Assembly (NCBI GenBank): GCA_963827755.1
Contig: CAWHCQ010000003.1
Coordinates: forward strand, 1-25,774
Direction: 5' to 3'
DNA length: 25,774 nucleotides
From: an uncultured Gammaproteobacteria bacterium
GTDB lineage: Bacteria; Pseudomonadota; Gammaproteobacteria; UBA9214
Shown here: positions 18,398 to 25,774 of the stretch, one piece after another
Layout of the letters: every line of letters starts with the position of its first letter
Position numbering within the stretch: position 1 is the first letter of the stretch
Translations under genes and position numbers: made by a program
The notes under the pieces: model-generated
What the model was told of the DNA's origin: nothing
The model's input: the letters and a program-made list of their open reading frames with translations, nothing else
Databases searched by the model: none

Positions 18398-18407
18398 CCC
18401 TTAATGC

Positions 18408-19247
18408 TTACCCCTCTGGCTTATCAACTACTCGTACCGGAAAAGGTTCGCTGACACTGCCAGTGTATAGCGTGCGATGAGGGAAAGGTATTTCGATTCC
18501 GGTTTTGTCAAACGCGTTTTTGATTTCTTCCTGCAGACTGTTGCGCATATCCAGGAATTTTTCCCGCTTCCCCCAGACAGAAAATTGTATATTCAAGGAA
18601 GACTCGCCAAACCCCAGAAAAATAAACAAGGGAACAGGCTCGTCAAGACAGAGCGGGTTTTCATCCGCCACCCGGGCCAACACCTCGCGTGCACGTGCAA
18701 TGTCTTCCTTGTATGCGATGCCTATTTGCAAGTCGAACCGGCGTATCGGGAAACGCGTGAGTGTTTTGCTCTCGCTCTTTATCAGGGTTTCATTGGGGAT
18801 TCGAACAAATATATTATCAAATGTCCGGATTTTGACCGATAACAGGTCGATCGAGAGAACCTCGCCGGTTGTGGAGCCTATCGTTATAACATCACCCACC
18901 TTAAAAGGCCGTTCGGCCATCAGAAACAGGCCGCTGACAAAATTGGAAGCCGATGTCTGGGAGGCAAAACCCAATGCTACCGATACAATACCGGCAGCGC
19001 CAAGCAGCACGTTCAGTTTAAATCCAAGTTCGCGCAGAGCAGAAACAAAAAAGATTGTTAATACCAGGTAAAATACAATTCTTTTAATCAAGCCTGTTTG
19101 ACCTGCGGGCAGATGCTTGCTAAACAGGCGTTTGGACAGGCGTGCGGCAAGCAGCGCAAGCCCATAGCCCACAAACAAAAGCAGCGCGGCCTTGATCATG
19201 GCCATCACGGGGATGGCGGTGGCAAGCGTTTCGGCGGTATTTTCCAT
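18408..19247 (-). CDS. mscS: Small-conductance mechanosensitive channel (MscS family)
   Basis: LLGAAGIVSVALGFASQ...SNFVSG, ERPFKVGDVI, IPNE, GIEIPFPHR. Confidence 0.9.
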   Translation of the reverse strand: MENTAETLATAIPVMAMIKAALLLFVGYGLALLAARLSKRLFSKHLPAGQTGLIKRIVFYLVLTIFFVSALRELGFKLNVLLGAAGIVSVALGFASQTSASNFVSGLFLMAERPFKVGDVITIGSTTGEVLSIDLLSVKIRTFDNIFVRIPNETLIKSESKTLTRFPIRRFDLQIGIAYKEDIARAREVLARVADENPLCLDEPVPLFIFLGFGESSLNIQFSVWGKREKFLDMRNSLQEEIKNAFDKTGIEIPFPHRTLYTGSVSEPFPVRVVDKPEG

Positions 19248-19261
19248 AAGCTCGTCGAGTC

Positions 19262-20062
19262 TTAGCTGAATATAGATTGAAAGGCGCGAAGCAAAATACC
19301 CTTGTCCGCGGTATCGCGTGGCGCAGTGATACGGCTGCCATGTTTTGCCTGATCGGGCGGGTTATCTTCAATATCAACCCGTGCAAATTCGGCGTCATCT
19401 TCGCGTGTCAGTGAAATATCCTGTGTACACAGTCTTTCTTGCGAGTCCGCATAGAGTGCCAGCAGGCCGACGGGTAAACTGATGCGATCCAGTACCAGCG
19501 TCTCCTGAGCGAGATTACGAATATGTATTTGCGTTACTGCACGATGGGGCTTGTAGGAAATGCTGTTGGCATCCAGTGTACCTCTTGAGCGAGCGGAATA
19601 GCATAATTCGCCTTCCATGGTATTGGAGCCAAACCAGGTATCCGACGGTCTGACGATAGCCAGCTCACGTAACGGCGCGGCTTGTTCGTCTACGCAAAAT
19701 TGCATCCAGACCGGTGTGCTGACAAACAATGAAACACTGATGCCGCCGGGAATGTGCAAGGGACTGTCCGGCCTGACGACGACGGGGCGTGGCGCCAATG
19801 CGGGACGGACAAGCAAAGTGTCGCGCGTCTTGCTGACAAGGTAGCGTTCAGGGTTAAGAAATTCATCGGGAATTTTATCGCCACCGTTAATTGCGAAACT
19901 GTTTTTTTCTATATCGCTATGGCTTGTCTCGCGAAAGCCAATGCGCCATTCCTTCGGCAGGCGATGCACCCAAAGTTCCAGGTTTGCGATGCGCCAGCAT
20001 CGAGCCGCATCTGTCTGAAAATCGAAGCTTCCCCACCATTTTGTGCCCTTGTTGTCGGTCAT
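19262..20062 (-). CDS. Conserved hypothetical protein, possibly DUF432-like
   Basis: Beta-rich; RPVVVRP, PSDTWFG...GELCY; 14 bp upstream of mscS. Family call is from recall and unverified. Confidence 0.6.
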   Translation of the reverse strand: MTDNKGTKWWGSFDFQTDAARCWRIANLELWVHRLPKEWRIGFRETSHSDIEKNSFAINGGDKIPDEFLNPERYLVSKTRDTLLVRPALAPRPVVVRPDSPLHIPGGISVSLFVSTPVWMQFCVDEQAAPLRELAIVRPSDTWFGSNTMEGELCYSARSRGTLDANSISYKPHRAVTQIHIRNLAQETLVLDRISLPVGLLALYADSQERLCTQDISLTREDDAEFARVDIEDNPPDQAKHGSRITAPRDTADKGILLRAFQSIFS

Positions 20063-20129
20063 ACGGATGACGCCTGTGTTTAATTTACGTAAAGCCCTGG
20101 TCTTCCAAAGACGAACATGGATAAATGGA

Positions 20130-20199
20130 AATCAATAGGGTCAGACTCCTTTGATCCGTCAACTATTAGTCAAATCAATCGAGTCTGACCCTATTGATT
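20130..20199. repeat. REP doublet, subfamily C
   Basis: AATCAATAGGGTCAGACTC ... GAGTCTGACCCTATTGATT 19-bp perfect arms. Confidence 0.82.
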
Positions 20200-20200
20200 C

Positions 20201-20257
20201 AGCTAACGACCAAGCCAAGCGGCGGCGAAGCCGTCCGACTTGGGCGCCTTGTTAGAG
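20201..20257 (+). other. Integron attC site 1
   Basis: R'' AGCTAAC, imperfect palindrome CCAAG-CGG-CGGC-GAA-GCCG-T-CCG-A-CTTGG, R' GTTAGAG. Confidence 0.75.
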
Positions 20258-20521
20258 GGCGCCACGGTAAACATCCTTCCTGTGACCCACCTTCACTACA
20301 ACGACGACAAGTTCATTGTCTTCGATGCTGTATACAATACGATAAGAACCCTGGCGTATCCGGTATTTATCGTGACCGGATAGCTTCTTTGAACCTGGGG
20401 GGCGTGGATCATTAGCCAATTGGCCAATGCGACGGATTATGCGTTGCCGTTCTTTCTTTTGCGGTATGGCTTCAATTTCCTTCACCGCAGAACGCTTGAT
20501 CGATACCTTATATTTTTCCAC
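20252..20521 (-). CDS. relE: RelE/ParE-family type II toxin
   Basis: YKVSIKRSAVKEI...LANDPRPPGSKKLSG..KYRIRQGSYRIVYSI...VVKVGHRKDVY. Start could be 20521 (GTG). Confidence 0.88.
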   Translation of the reverse strand: MEKYKVSIKRSAVKEIEAIPQKKERQRIIRRIGQLANDPRPPGSKKLSGHDKYRIRQGSYRIVYSIEDNELVVVVVKVGHRKDVYRGAL

Positions 20522-20741
20522 GTCGTTTCAGATCTTTAACGACGTCTTCATACGGCAAGCTGGGCTCGTTCACCCTGTCTTCGAAAGCAGCAAGGTCCTC
20601 GGCATCCTCAACAAGGCTTAATTGCACAGCCTCATTGACCAGGTCCGATATGGATCGCTCAGTCTCTGCTGCTTTGACCCGAAGTGCGCGGTGAAGCGCT
20701 GGATCAAAATATACGGTTGCTCGTTTGGGATCACTGCTCAT
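20508..20741 (-). CDS. Ribbon-helix-helix (CopG-like) antitoxin
   Basis: KRATVYFDPALHRALRVKAA...SISDLVNEAV; acidic C-terminus; overlaps the toxin start. Confidence 0.85.
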   Translation of the reverse strand: MSSDPKRATVYFDPALHRALRVKAAETERSISDLVNEAVQLSLVEDAEDLAAFEDRVNEPSLPYEDVVKDLKRRGKI

Positions 20742-20748
20742 GGGGTTA

Positions 20749-20777
20749 TATATAGCACTTTATCGCTATAACGTCAA
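20749..20777 (-). promoter_or_regulatory. Sigma70 promoter with operator palindrome for the TA operon
   Basis: TTGACG-17 nt-TATATA; palindrome TATAGC-N8-GCTATA (20751-20770). Confidence 0.65.
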
Positions 20778-20795
20778 AACGTTATTTATTCAGCC

Positions 20796-20886
20796 CTCTA
20801 ACGATTGATTCGAGCAGCGCGGCCACCGAACTTAGCCACGAAGCGCCACATCTCTTTCCCGCCTCGGCTCGGACGACTTGTTATGC
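20796..20886 (+). other. Integron attC site 2
   Basis: R'' CTCTAAC, TCGAGC...GCTCGGA pairing, R' GTTATGC. GCCCTCTAAC (20793-20802) is the exact complement of GTTAGAGGGC (20251-20260). Confidence 0.72.
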
Positions 20887-20900
20887 CGCAACGGTCAATG

Positions 20901-20954
20901 GGGTCAGACTCGATTGATTCGGCAAAAGTTTGGCATATCAATCGAGTCTGACCC
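20901..20954. repeat. REP doublet, subfamily C
   Basis: GGGTCAGACTCGATTGAT ... ATCAATCGAGTCTGACCC 18-bp perfect arms. Confidence 0.82.
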
Positions 20955-20967
20955 TATCGATCTCTAG

Positions 20968-21105
20968 TGGCGTGACGGCTACGCCGAGGGGGAAGGCAGG
21001 ACGATGATCGACGGCAGGATCTACGAGGGCACCTGGTCTCAAGGCTGCCTGCGTGGCCAAGAGGTGCCGGTGGGCTGGGGATCGCCGCCCAGGCAATGCC
21101 GCTGA
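20968..21105 (+). pseudogene. 3' fragment of a MORN-repeat protein
   Basis: WRDGYAEGEGRTMIDGRIYEGTWSQGC matches the MORN pattern YEG.W..G...G.G; in-frame TAG at 20965. Confidence 0.65.
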
Positions 21106-21145
21106 TTTAAAGGGTATCAGGCTTGATTCGTACTACGTAAAATGA

Positions 21146-21194
21146 TGTCCGGGCACATTTCCTGCTGATCTTGGAATTCAATCGTGCCCTGACA
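21146..21194. repeat. Degenerate REP doublet, subfamily A
   Basis: TGTCCGGGCAC ... GTGCCCTGACA (1 mismatch). Confidence 0.5.
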
Positions 21195-21257
21195 ACCCTG
21201 TCTTCAATACAAGCTGTAATCGTGCCCCGGCACCATTGCACTTACAGGAAACGCGAC

Positions 21258-22310
21258 ATGGACTATTCAACACTCGGACACAGCGGCCTGAAGGTTTCAC
21301 GGGTCTGCCTGGGCAGCATGACCTGGGGCTTGCAAAACAACCAGCAGGATGCCAACCAGCAGATCGACTACGCCCTCGAGCGCGGTGTGAACTTCATCGA
21401 TACCGCCGAGATGTACGCCATCCCCCCGTCGGCCGATACCTACGGCAGCACCGAAACCATCATCGGTAACTGGCTGGCGGACCATCCCGGCAAACGCGAG
21501 TCCCTGGTGCTGGCCACGAAAATCGCCGGCGAGGGTTTGCCGTGGGTGCGCGATGGCGGGCCGATCACGGGTGACGCCGTGGTCACGGCCGTGGATCAAT
21601 CCCTGGCGCGTTTGCAAACCGACTACATCGACGTATACCAGCTGCACTGGCCCAACCACGCCTTCGCGCACTTCGGCCGCCATTGGCCGAACGATGTTTG
21701 TTTCAGTAAAACCGACGCCGGCCAGGCCGTGGACGGCATGCACGATATATTAAAAGGCCTGGCGCGTTGCGTGGATGCCGGAAAAATTCGCTTCTGCGGT
21801 TTATCCGACGACTCGCCCTGGGGCATCCACAAATATCTCGAACTGGCCAGGGCGCACGACCTGCCGCGCATCACCTCGATCCAGAACGAATTCAACCTGC
21901 TGCATCACATCGACTACCCGCATACCCTCGAAACCTGCGCGATGGAGCAAGTGGCCTATCTACCGTGGTCACCGATCGGTGGCGGCGTACTGAGCGGAAA
22001 GTACCTGGACGGCCAGCGCCCCGAGGGCAGCCGCTGGACCATCTCGCAGCGCATGGGACTGATCCGGGAGGGAGAGCAAGTCGACGTCGCGGTGGCGGCC
22101 TACCAGGCGGTTGCCAAACAACACGGCATCAGCGTCGCGCAACTGGCACTGAAATGGTGTGACCAGGTGGACGGGGTGACCTCGACCATCATCGGCGCCA
22201 CGACGCTCGAGCAGCTTCGCGAAGACCTGGATGCTTTTGAAATTGATTACAGCGAGGGGCTGGCGGATGCGGTGAGTAAGGTGTTGAAGCGGCATGCGTT
22301 GGCTTTTTAG
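21258..22310 (+). CDS. Aldo/keto reductase (Tas-like)
   Basis: SD AGGA before ATG 21258; CLGSMTWG, NFIDTAEMY, LATK, DVYQLHWP, SIQN, WSPIGGGVLSGKY, IIGATT. Confidence 0.9.
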   Translation: MDYSTLGHSGLKVSRVCLGSMTWGLQNNQQDANQQIDYALERGVNFIDTAEMYAIPPSADTYGSTETIIGNWLADHPGKRESLVLATKIAGEGLPWVRDGGPITGDAVVTAVDQSLARLQTDYIDVYQLHWPNHAFAHFGRHWPNDVCFSKTDAGQAVDGMHDILKGLARCVDAGKIRFCGLSDDSPWGIHKYLELARAHDLPRITSIQNEFNLLHHIDYPHTLETCAMEQVAYLPWSPIGGGVLSGKYLDGQRPEGSRWTISQRMGLIREGEQVDVAVAAYQAVAKQHGISVAQLALKWCDQVDGVTSTIIGATTLEQLREDLDAFEIDYSEGLADAVSKVLKRHALAF

Positions 22311-22318
22311 ATTAAAGG

Positions 22319-22368
22319 GTGTCAGAGGACATTTATTGCTTATATTAGAGTTAAATGTGCTCTGACAC
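22319..22368. repeat. REP doublet, subfamily A
   Basis: GTGTCAGAGGACATTTA ... TAAATGTGCTCTGACAC, between convergent genes. Confidence 0.8.
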
Positions 22369-22402
22369 GAATGGCACTTTTACCTGGCCTCAATTACATC
22401 AA

Positions 22403-22993
22403 TCAATCCTGACCACCGGTCATTTTGATCAAGGTACGGTCTTTATTGATAAAGTGATGGTAAAGCGCTGCTGCAGCATGGCCGGCAATCAAAATCCACA
22501 CCAGCCAGGCGCCCATAATTTCTTTATGGAAAAAATCGACGGGCTCTTCAAATTCCTCGAACGTCAGGCCGAGTGTCCCCCAAACAAACACATCGAACAG
22601 CCAGGTTTCTTCAAATTTGGGGATCTGGAATAAATAAAAATACTCCGTGGCGATACCGGTGCCGATATACCCTGTCAGCGGCATCACAATCATGATGACA
22701 TAGAGTACATAATGGGCACTGTGCGCCAGAAAATGCTGCCAGCGCGGCGCGGCTTCAAACGCAGGCTGTACATTCATGTTGCGCCAGATAATGCGCAGAA
22801 TAACGACGACACCGATACTGATTCCCGCCGATAAATGCAACTGCAAAGCAATCATATTTTCCGGAGTTTCTTTCTCGGTAAACCAGTGCCGGTAATACAC
22901 CGCGCAATAGGCCAGTAAAAACAACAAGGCCGTACCCCAGTGCAGCCACCTGGCGATGCGCCCGTAATTCTGTGCAGTGTTGAAATTATTCAT
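22403..22993 (-). CDS. Cytochrome b561 (CybB/YceJ family)
   Basis: RWLHW, LQLHLSAG...LRIIWR, MPLTG, FFH, GHAAAALYHHF..KDRTL..M. Confidence 0.88.
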   Translation of the reverse strand: MNNFNTAQNYGRIARWLHWGTALLFLLAYCAVYYRHWFTEKETPENMIALQLHLSAGISIGVVVILRIIWRNMNVQPAFEAAPRWQHFLAHSAHYVLYVIMIVMPLTGYIGTGIATEYFYLFQIPKFEETWLFDVFVWGTLGLTFEEFEEPVDFFHKEIMGAWLVWILIAGHAAAALYHHFINKDRTLIKMTGGQD

Positions 22994-23075
22994 AGTGCAT
23001 AATCAGGCCGATATCTGCCGCAACCCAAGAGCGATCTTAAGTATAAAATAAAGATATCCAGGCTTCAGTTAATAA

Positions 23076-23104
23076 TTATATTAGAGTTAAATGTGCTCTG
23101 ACAC
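23076..23104. repeat. Half REP doublet, subfamily A
   Basis: TTATATTAGAGTTAAATGTGCTCTGACAC is identical to 22340-22368 and differs by one base from 18370-18398. Confidence 0.75.
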
Positions 23105-23163
23105 TATTTACTCCCACTGAAGTTGTTATCGATAATAATGTTCAAATAACCTTAGTCGATATT

Positions 23164-24057
23164 CTAGCTGCGTAAATGTTTTTCAAAAAAAGCCAGCGTC
23201 CTTGACCAGGCTAATTCAGCCGCTTCAGGGTTATAACGACTGGTGGAGTCATTGTGAAATCCATGTTGCACCCCTGGGTACACGAAGGCCTGATAATCAA
23301 CCTTATTGGCTTTAAGCACCGCTTCGTAATCAGGCCAACTGGCATTAACACGCGTATCGTTCTCGGCAAATTGCAACATTAATGGCCCTTTAACTTTTTT
23401 AACCAACTCACCTTTTGCCGGCGTGCCATAAAACGGTACGGCGGCATCAATCACGCCCGTTGCAGTAGCGGCGAGCATATTACTGATATAACCCCCGAAA
23501 CAGAAACCCACTACCCCTAACCTGTTGTTACCTGATGGGTGTTGCTTAAGGAAACTGGCCGCGGCTATAAAGTCCTGCTCAATTTTTTCTCTGTCCATAC
23601 TTCTTTGCATTGCTCGCCCTTCATCATCATTGCCGGGATAACCACCCAGTGGAAACAGCGCGTCGGGGGCAAAGGCAATAAATCCTGCTTTAGCCAGTCG
23701 CCGGGCGACATCTTTAATATAGGGATTCAATCCGCGATTTTCGTGCACCACCAGCACCATAGGCGCTTTGCCAACAATGCCGTTGGGCACAACCAAATAA
23801 CCTCGACCTTTACCATGTCCTTGCGGTGAATCAAACTCCTGATAACTGGCCTTTATCTCAGCATCATTAAACGACACCTGTTCAGCCAATGCATAGTTCG
23901 GGGTTAAGGCAGTGCTGACCGCGCCGAACGTCAAACCAGCGACTGAAAGGGAGGCCAGGCGCGCGAGGAAAGTCCGCCGGTCGATATCGCCATGGGCATA
24001 TTCGTCATACCAGTCAAAAGCTTGTTGCGGGATGTTTGTGATTGGTTTTGCAGACAT
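23164..24057 (-). CDS. Dienelactone hydrolase family protein (YghX-like)
   Basis: YDEYAHG.IDRRTFL (twin-arginine-like), HENRGLNP, GFCFGG nucleophile motif, HGFHND. Confidence 0.9.
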   Translation of the reverse strand: MSAKPITNIPQQAFDWYDEYAHGDIDRRTFLARLASLSVAGLTFGAVSTALTPNYALAEQVSFNDAEIKASYQEFDSPQGHGKGRGYLVVPNGIVGKAPMVLVVHENRGLNPYIKDVARRLAKAGFIAFAPDALFPLGGYPGNDDEGRAMQRSMDREKIEQDFIAAASFLKQHPSGNNRLGVVGFCFGGYISNMLAATATGVIDAAVPFYGTPAKGELVKKVKGPLMLQFAENDTRVNASWPDYEAVLKANKVDYQAFVYPGVQHGFHNDSTSRYNPEAAELAWSRTLAFFEKHLRS

Positions 24058-24132
24058 TGATGAACTCCGTATTTGGTCATTCAGGTCTTGGGTTCAAATC
24101 ATAGCTAATTTCAAAGAGATGTGAGATAAAAA

Positions 24133-24184
24133 GGTGTCAGAACACATTTGTTACTTAGTCCAGGGTTAAATGTGCCCTGACACC
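24133..24184. repeat. REP doublet, subfamily A
   Basis: GGTGTCAGAACACATTT ... AAATGTGCCCTGACACC. Confidence 0.78.
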
Positions 24185-24232
24185 ATTTACTACCTGCCAG
24201 TATCGTATCCAGAGCACATTCAGGTCATATGC

Positions 24233-24246
24233 TTGATCCACATCAA
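24233..24246. promoter_or_regulatory. FNR/ANR/DNR box
   Basis: Perfect TTGAT-CCAC-ATCAA, about 80 bp upstream of ATG 24328. Confidence 0.7.
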
Positions 24247-24327
24247 CGCGCCCGGAGCTGAAACAAGTTAGCTTCTAAATTGCCAGTAAGTACGTGGCTG
24301 TCAGTAAACCAGACGGAGTTCAACATC

Positions 24328-24609
24328 ATGGCTTGCTATAACCCCGGGTGCCTGGGGAAATACGATTTTGACCAGATCGCGTTTTTCGCCCGCAAGCGTT
24401 TTATCGAGGGTTGCCAGACCGTTACCTTGCTCGAGCAGGCGCGGTCGCAGCGCGAAAAGGAAGAGATTGCACTGGTCTGCATGCTGGATATAGCGGATGA
24501 CCAGATCCGTGACCTGCAACTCAGCTGCCAGCACAGCGAGCACTGCAAAGTGACCACCTGCAGGAGCCAGCTGAAAACAATGATCGCCGCGGAACTGGCG
24601 GTTCAATAA
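24328..24609 (+). CDS. Small Cys-rich hypothetical protein (93 aa)
   Basis: SD GGAG; seven Cys; upstream FNR box and downstream hairpin with U-tract. Confidence 0.7.
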   Translation: MACYNPGCLGKYDFDQIAFFARKRFIEGCQTVTLLEQARSQREKEEIALVCMLDIADDQIRDLQLSCQHSEHCKVTTCRSQLKTMIAAELAVQ

Positions 24610-24614
24610 CAATC

Positions 24615-24700
24615 AGGGACAGACCACGTTTTCTCATTGTGAAAACTGGCTATCAACAGGGTCAGACTGATCTGACCCCTGTTTCTTTTCTGTTTCTTTT
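24615..24700. repeat. REP-related arms; last hairpin probably acts as terminator
   Basis: AGGGACAGACCACGTTTTC...GAAAAC partial pair, then AACAGGGTCAGA-CTGA-TCTGACCCCTGTT (24655-24683) and a T-rich tail. Confidence 0.6.
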
Positions 24701-24711
24701 AAAAACCCGCG

Positions 24712-25746
24712 CTACTCAAACGACTTCGCTTCCATCTCCAGATAGATGCGATAAGCATTTCCACGGTTACTGGCCTTGAAAGCCGGCAGGTCGGAATAAG
24801 CAGACCAGTCGGTCGCGCTATAGGCCTCATCAAACGGCGTGAAATTCGCCACGGCTGTGCGCATTGCGTCGCGCACATAGGCAATATAACCTTCCGTCAG
24901 GGCAACGGCTGCCGACAGGTCGTCCGAGGGTGTGCCGTGCCCGGGGATCACGTAACGCGGTGTCGGTTCAAGTGCTCCCAGTGCAGCCAGCCCATTGAGC
25001 CAGTGTTCTATGTTGGTCTCCGGACTGTCGAGAAACGGGACGCGCCCCTTGTAGATGACATCGCCGCTGAACAACACACCGTAGTCCTTCACCAGCATCA
25101 CCGTGTCGCCGGGCGCATGTGCCGGCCCCAGGTATTTCAGTGTGAAGGTGACGCCGCCGACCGTAAAAGTTTTTTCCGACTCAAAGGTTTCATCGGGTAA
25201 CACAATATAGGTGTGCTCATCCACCCACGGGAACAACGCTTCACGTCGCTGCACCAGGCGCCGCTGGGCGTCTTCTCCCTGGCTTGCTGCCGTACCACCC
25301 GCATAGCCAAGCGCCTGGCGCTGCGCCCACACCGGCGGGTTCCCTGCGTACTCCTTAAAGCCCTGCAGGCCATAGATGTGATCAGCGTGATAGTGACTGA
25401 CGACAATGCGCTCAATGGGCTGATCGGTCACCTCGCGGATACGCTCCAGCAACCGATAGCCGAGCGCCGGTGTGCCGAGTGCATCGAACACCACCACCCC
25501 ACCGTCCGTGACCACAAAGCCGGCGTTGGAGGTGTGCCCCTCGTTGTCCGCGCCCGGCACACCGGAAAGCCCGATAACATAGTAGACCGGCACGCCCGGG
25601 ACCTGGTGCAGGGTAAACGGAAGTGTGACCTTGCCGTATGGATCGGACACGGGTTTGTTGCAGGCGGCCACGGTTAATGTCAGCAGTCCGCACAAACAGG
25701 CCGTGAAATTGAAGGAGTCAGTAACCTTTTTTAGCATTCTGTGCAT
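24712..25746 (-). CDS. Exported MBL-fold metallo-hydrolase (SoxH-like), possible lipoprotein
   Basis: SHYHADH, AHAPGD, LFSGD, IPGHG; NAGFVVT..GVVVFD; lipobox-like VAAC. Confidence 0.85.
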   Translation of the reverse strand: MHRMLKKVTDSFNFTACLCGLLTLTVAACNKPVSDPYGKVTLPFTLHQVPGVPVYYVIGLSGVPGADNEGHTSNAGFVVTDGGVVVFDALGTPALGYRLLERIREVTDQPIERIVVSHYHADHIYGLQGFKEYAGNPPVWAQRQALGYAGGTAASQGEDAQRRLVQRREALFPWVDEHTYIVLPDETFESEKTFTVGGVTFTLKYLGPAHAPGDTVMLVKDYGVLFSGDVIYKGRVPFLDSPETNIEHWLNGLAALGALEPTPRYVIPGHGTPSDDLSAAVALTEGYIAYVRDAMRTAVANFTPFDEAYSATDWSAYSDLPAFKASNRGNAYRIYLEMEAKSFE

Positions 25747-25774
25747 GTTTTTCCTGTGGCGGATGAAAAAGGGT

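Noticed and set aside
20100-21000. Complete integron
   Set aside because: No intI or attI in the window; only two attC sites.
12489-24683. CRISPR array from the recurring GTCAGA repeats
   Set aside because: Repeats are inverted pairs separated by whole genes, not direct repeats with uniform spacers; no cas genes.

Overview
GC-rich, probably gammaproteobacterial accessory region with two parts. Left part (0.7-10.4 kb): a 19-bp tRNA-Arg 3' fragment (possible att site) precedes two convergent operons. The + operon encodes a YcfJ-like glycine-zipper protein, a PepSY protein and a PhoP/PhoQ-like pair. The - operon has 8 genes: an exported helical protein, a lipoprotein, a MotA/TolQ/ExbB-like protein, a MotB/ExbD-like protein with a long coiled coil, a large lipoprotein, a SPOR-like protein, a lytic transglycosylase and a zipper-less YcfJ paralog. 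Both promoters carry the same RTTCAG-N5-RTTCAG box with identical spacing to the -10, suggesting one regulated, ion-gradient-driven envelope system I do not recognise as described. Right part (10.8-25.7 kb): unrelated genes and gene fragments separated by about 12 related GG(G/T)GTCAGA...TCTGAC(C/A)CC inverted repeats, around a REP-associated tyrosine transposase (RAYT). It includes two HExxH protein paralogs, an attC-flanked toxin-antitoxin cassette with no integrase in the window, and genes cut at the repeat arms. About eight small frameshifts cluster at 4.5-14.6 kb and may be sequencing errors. All family calls come from reading motifs by eye; no searches were run.
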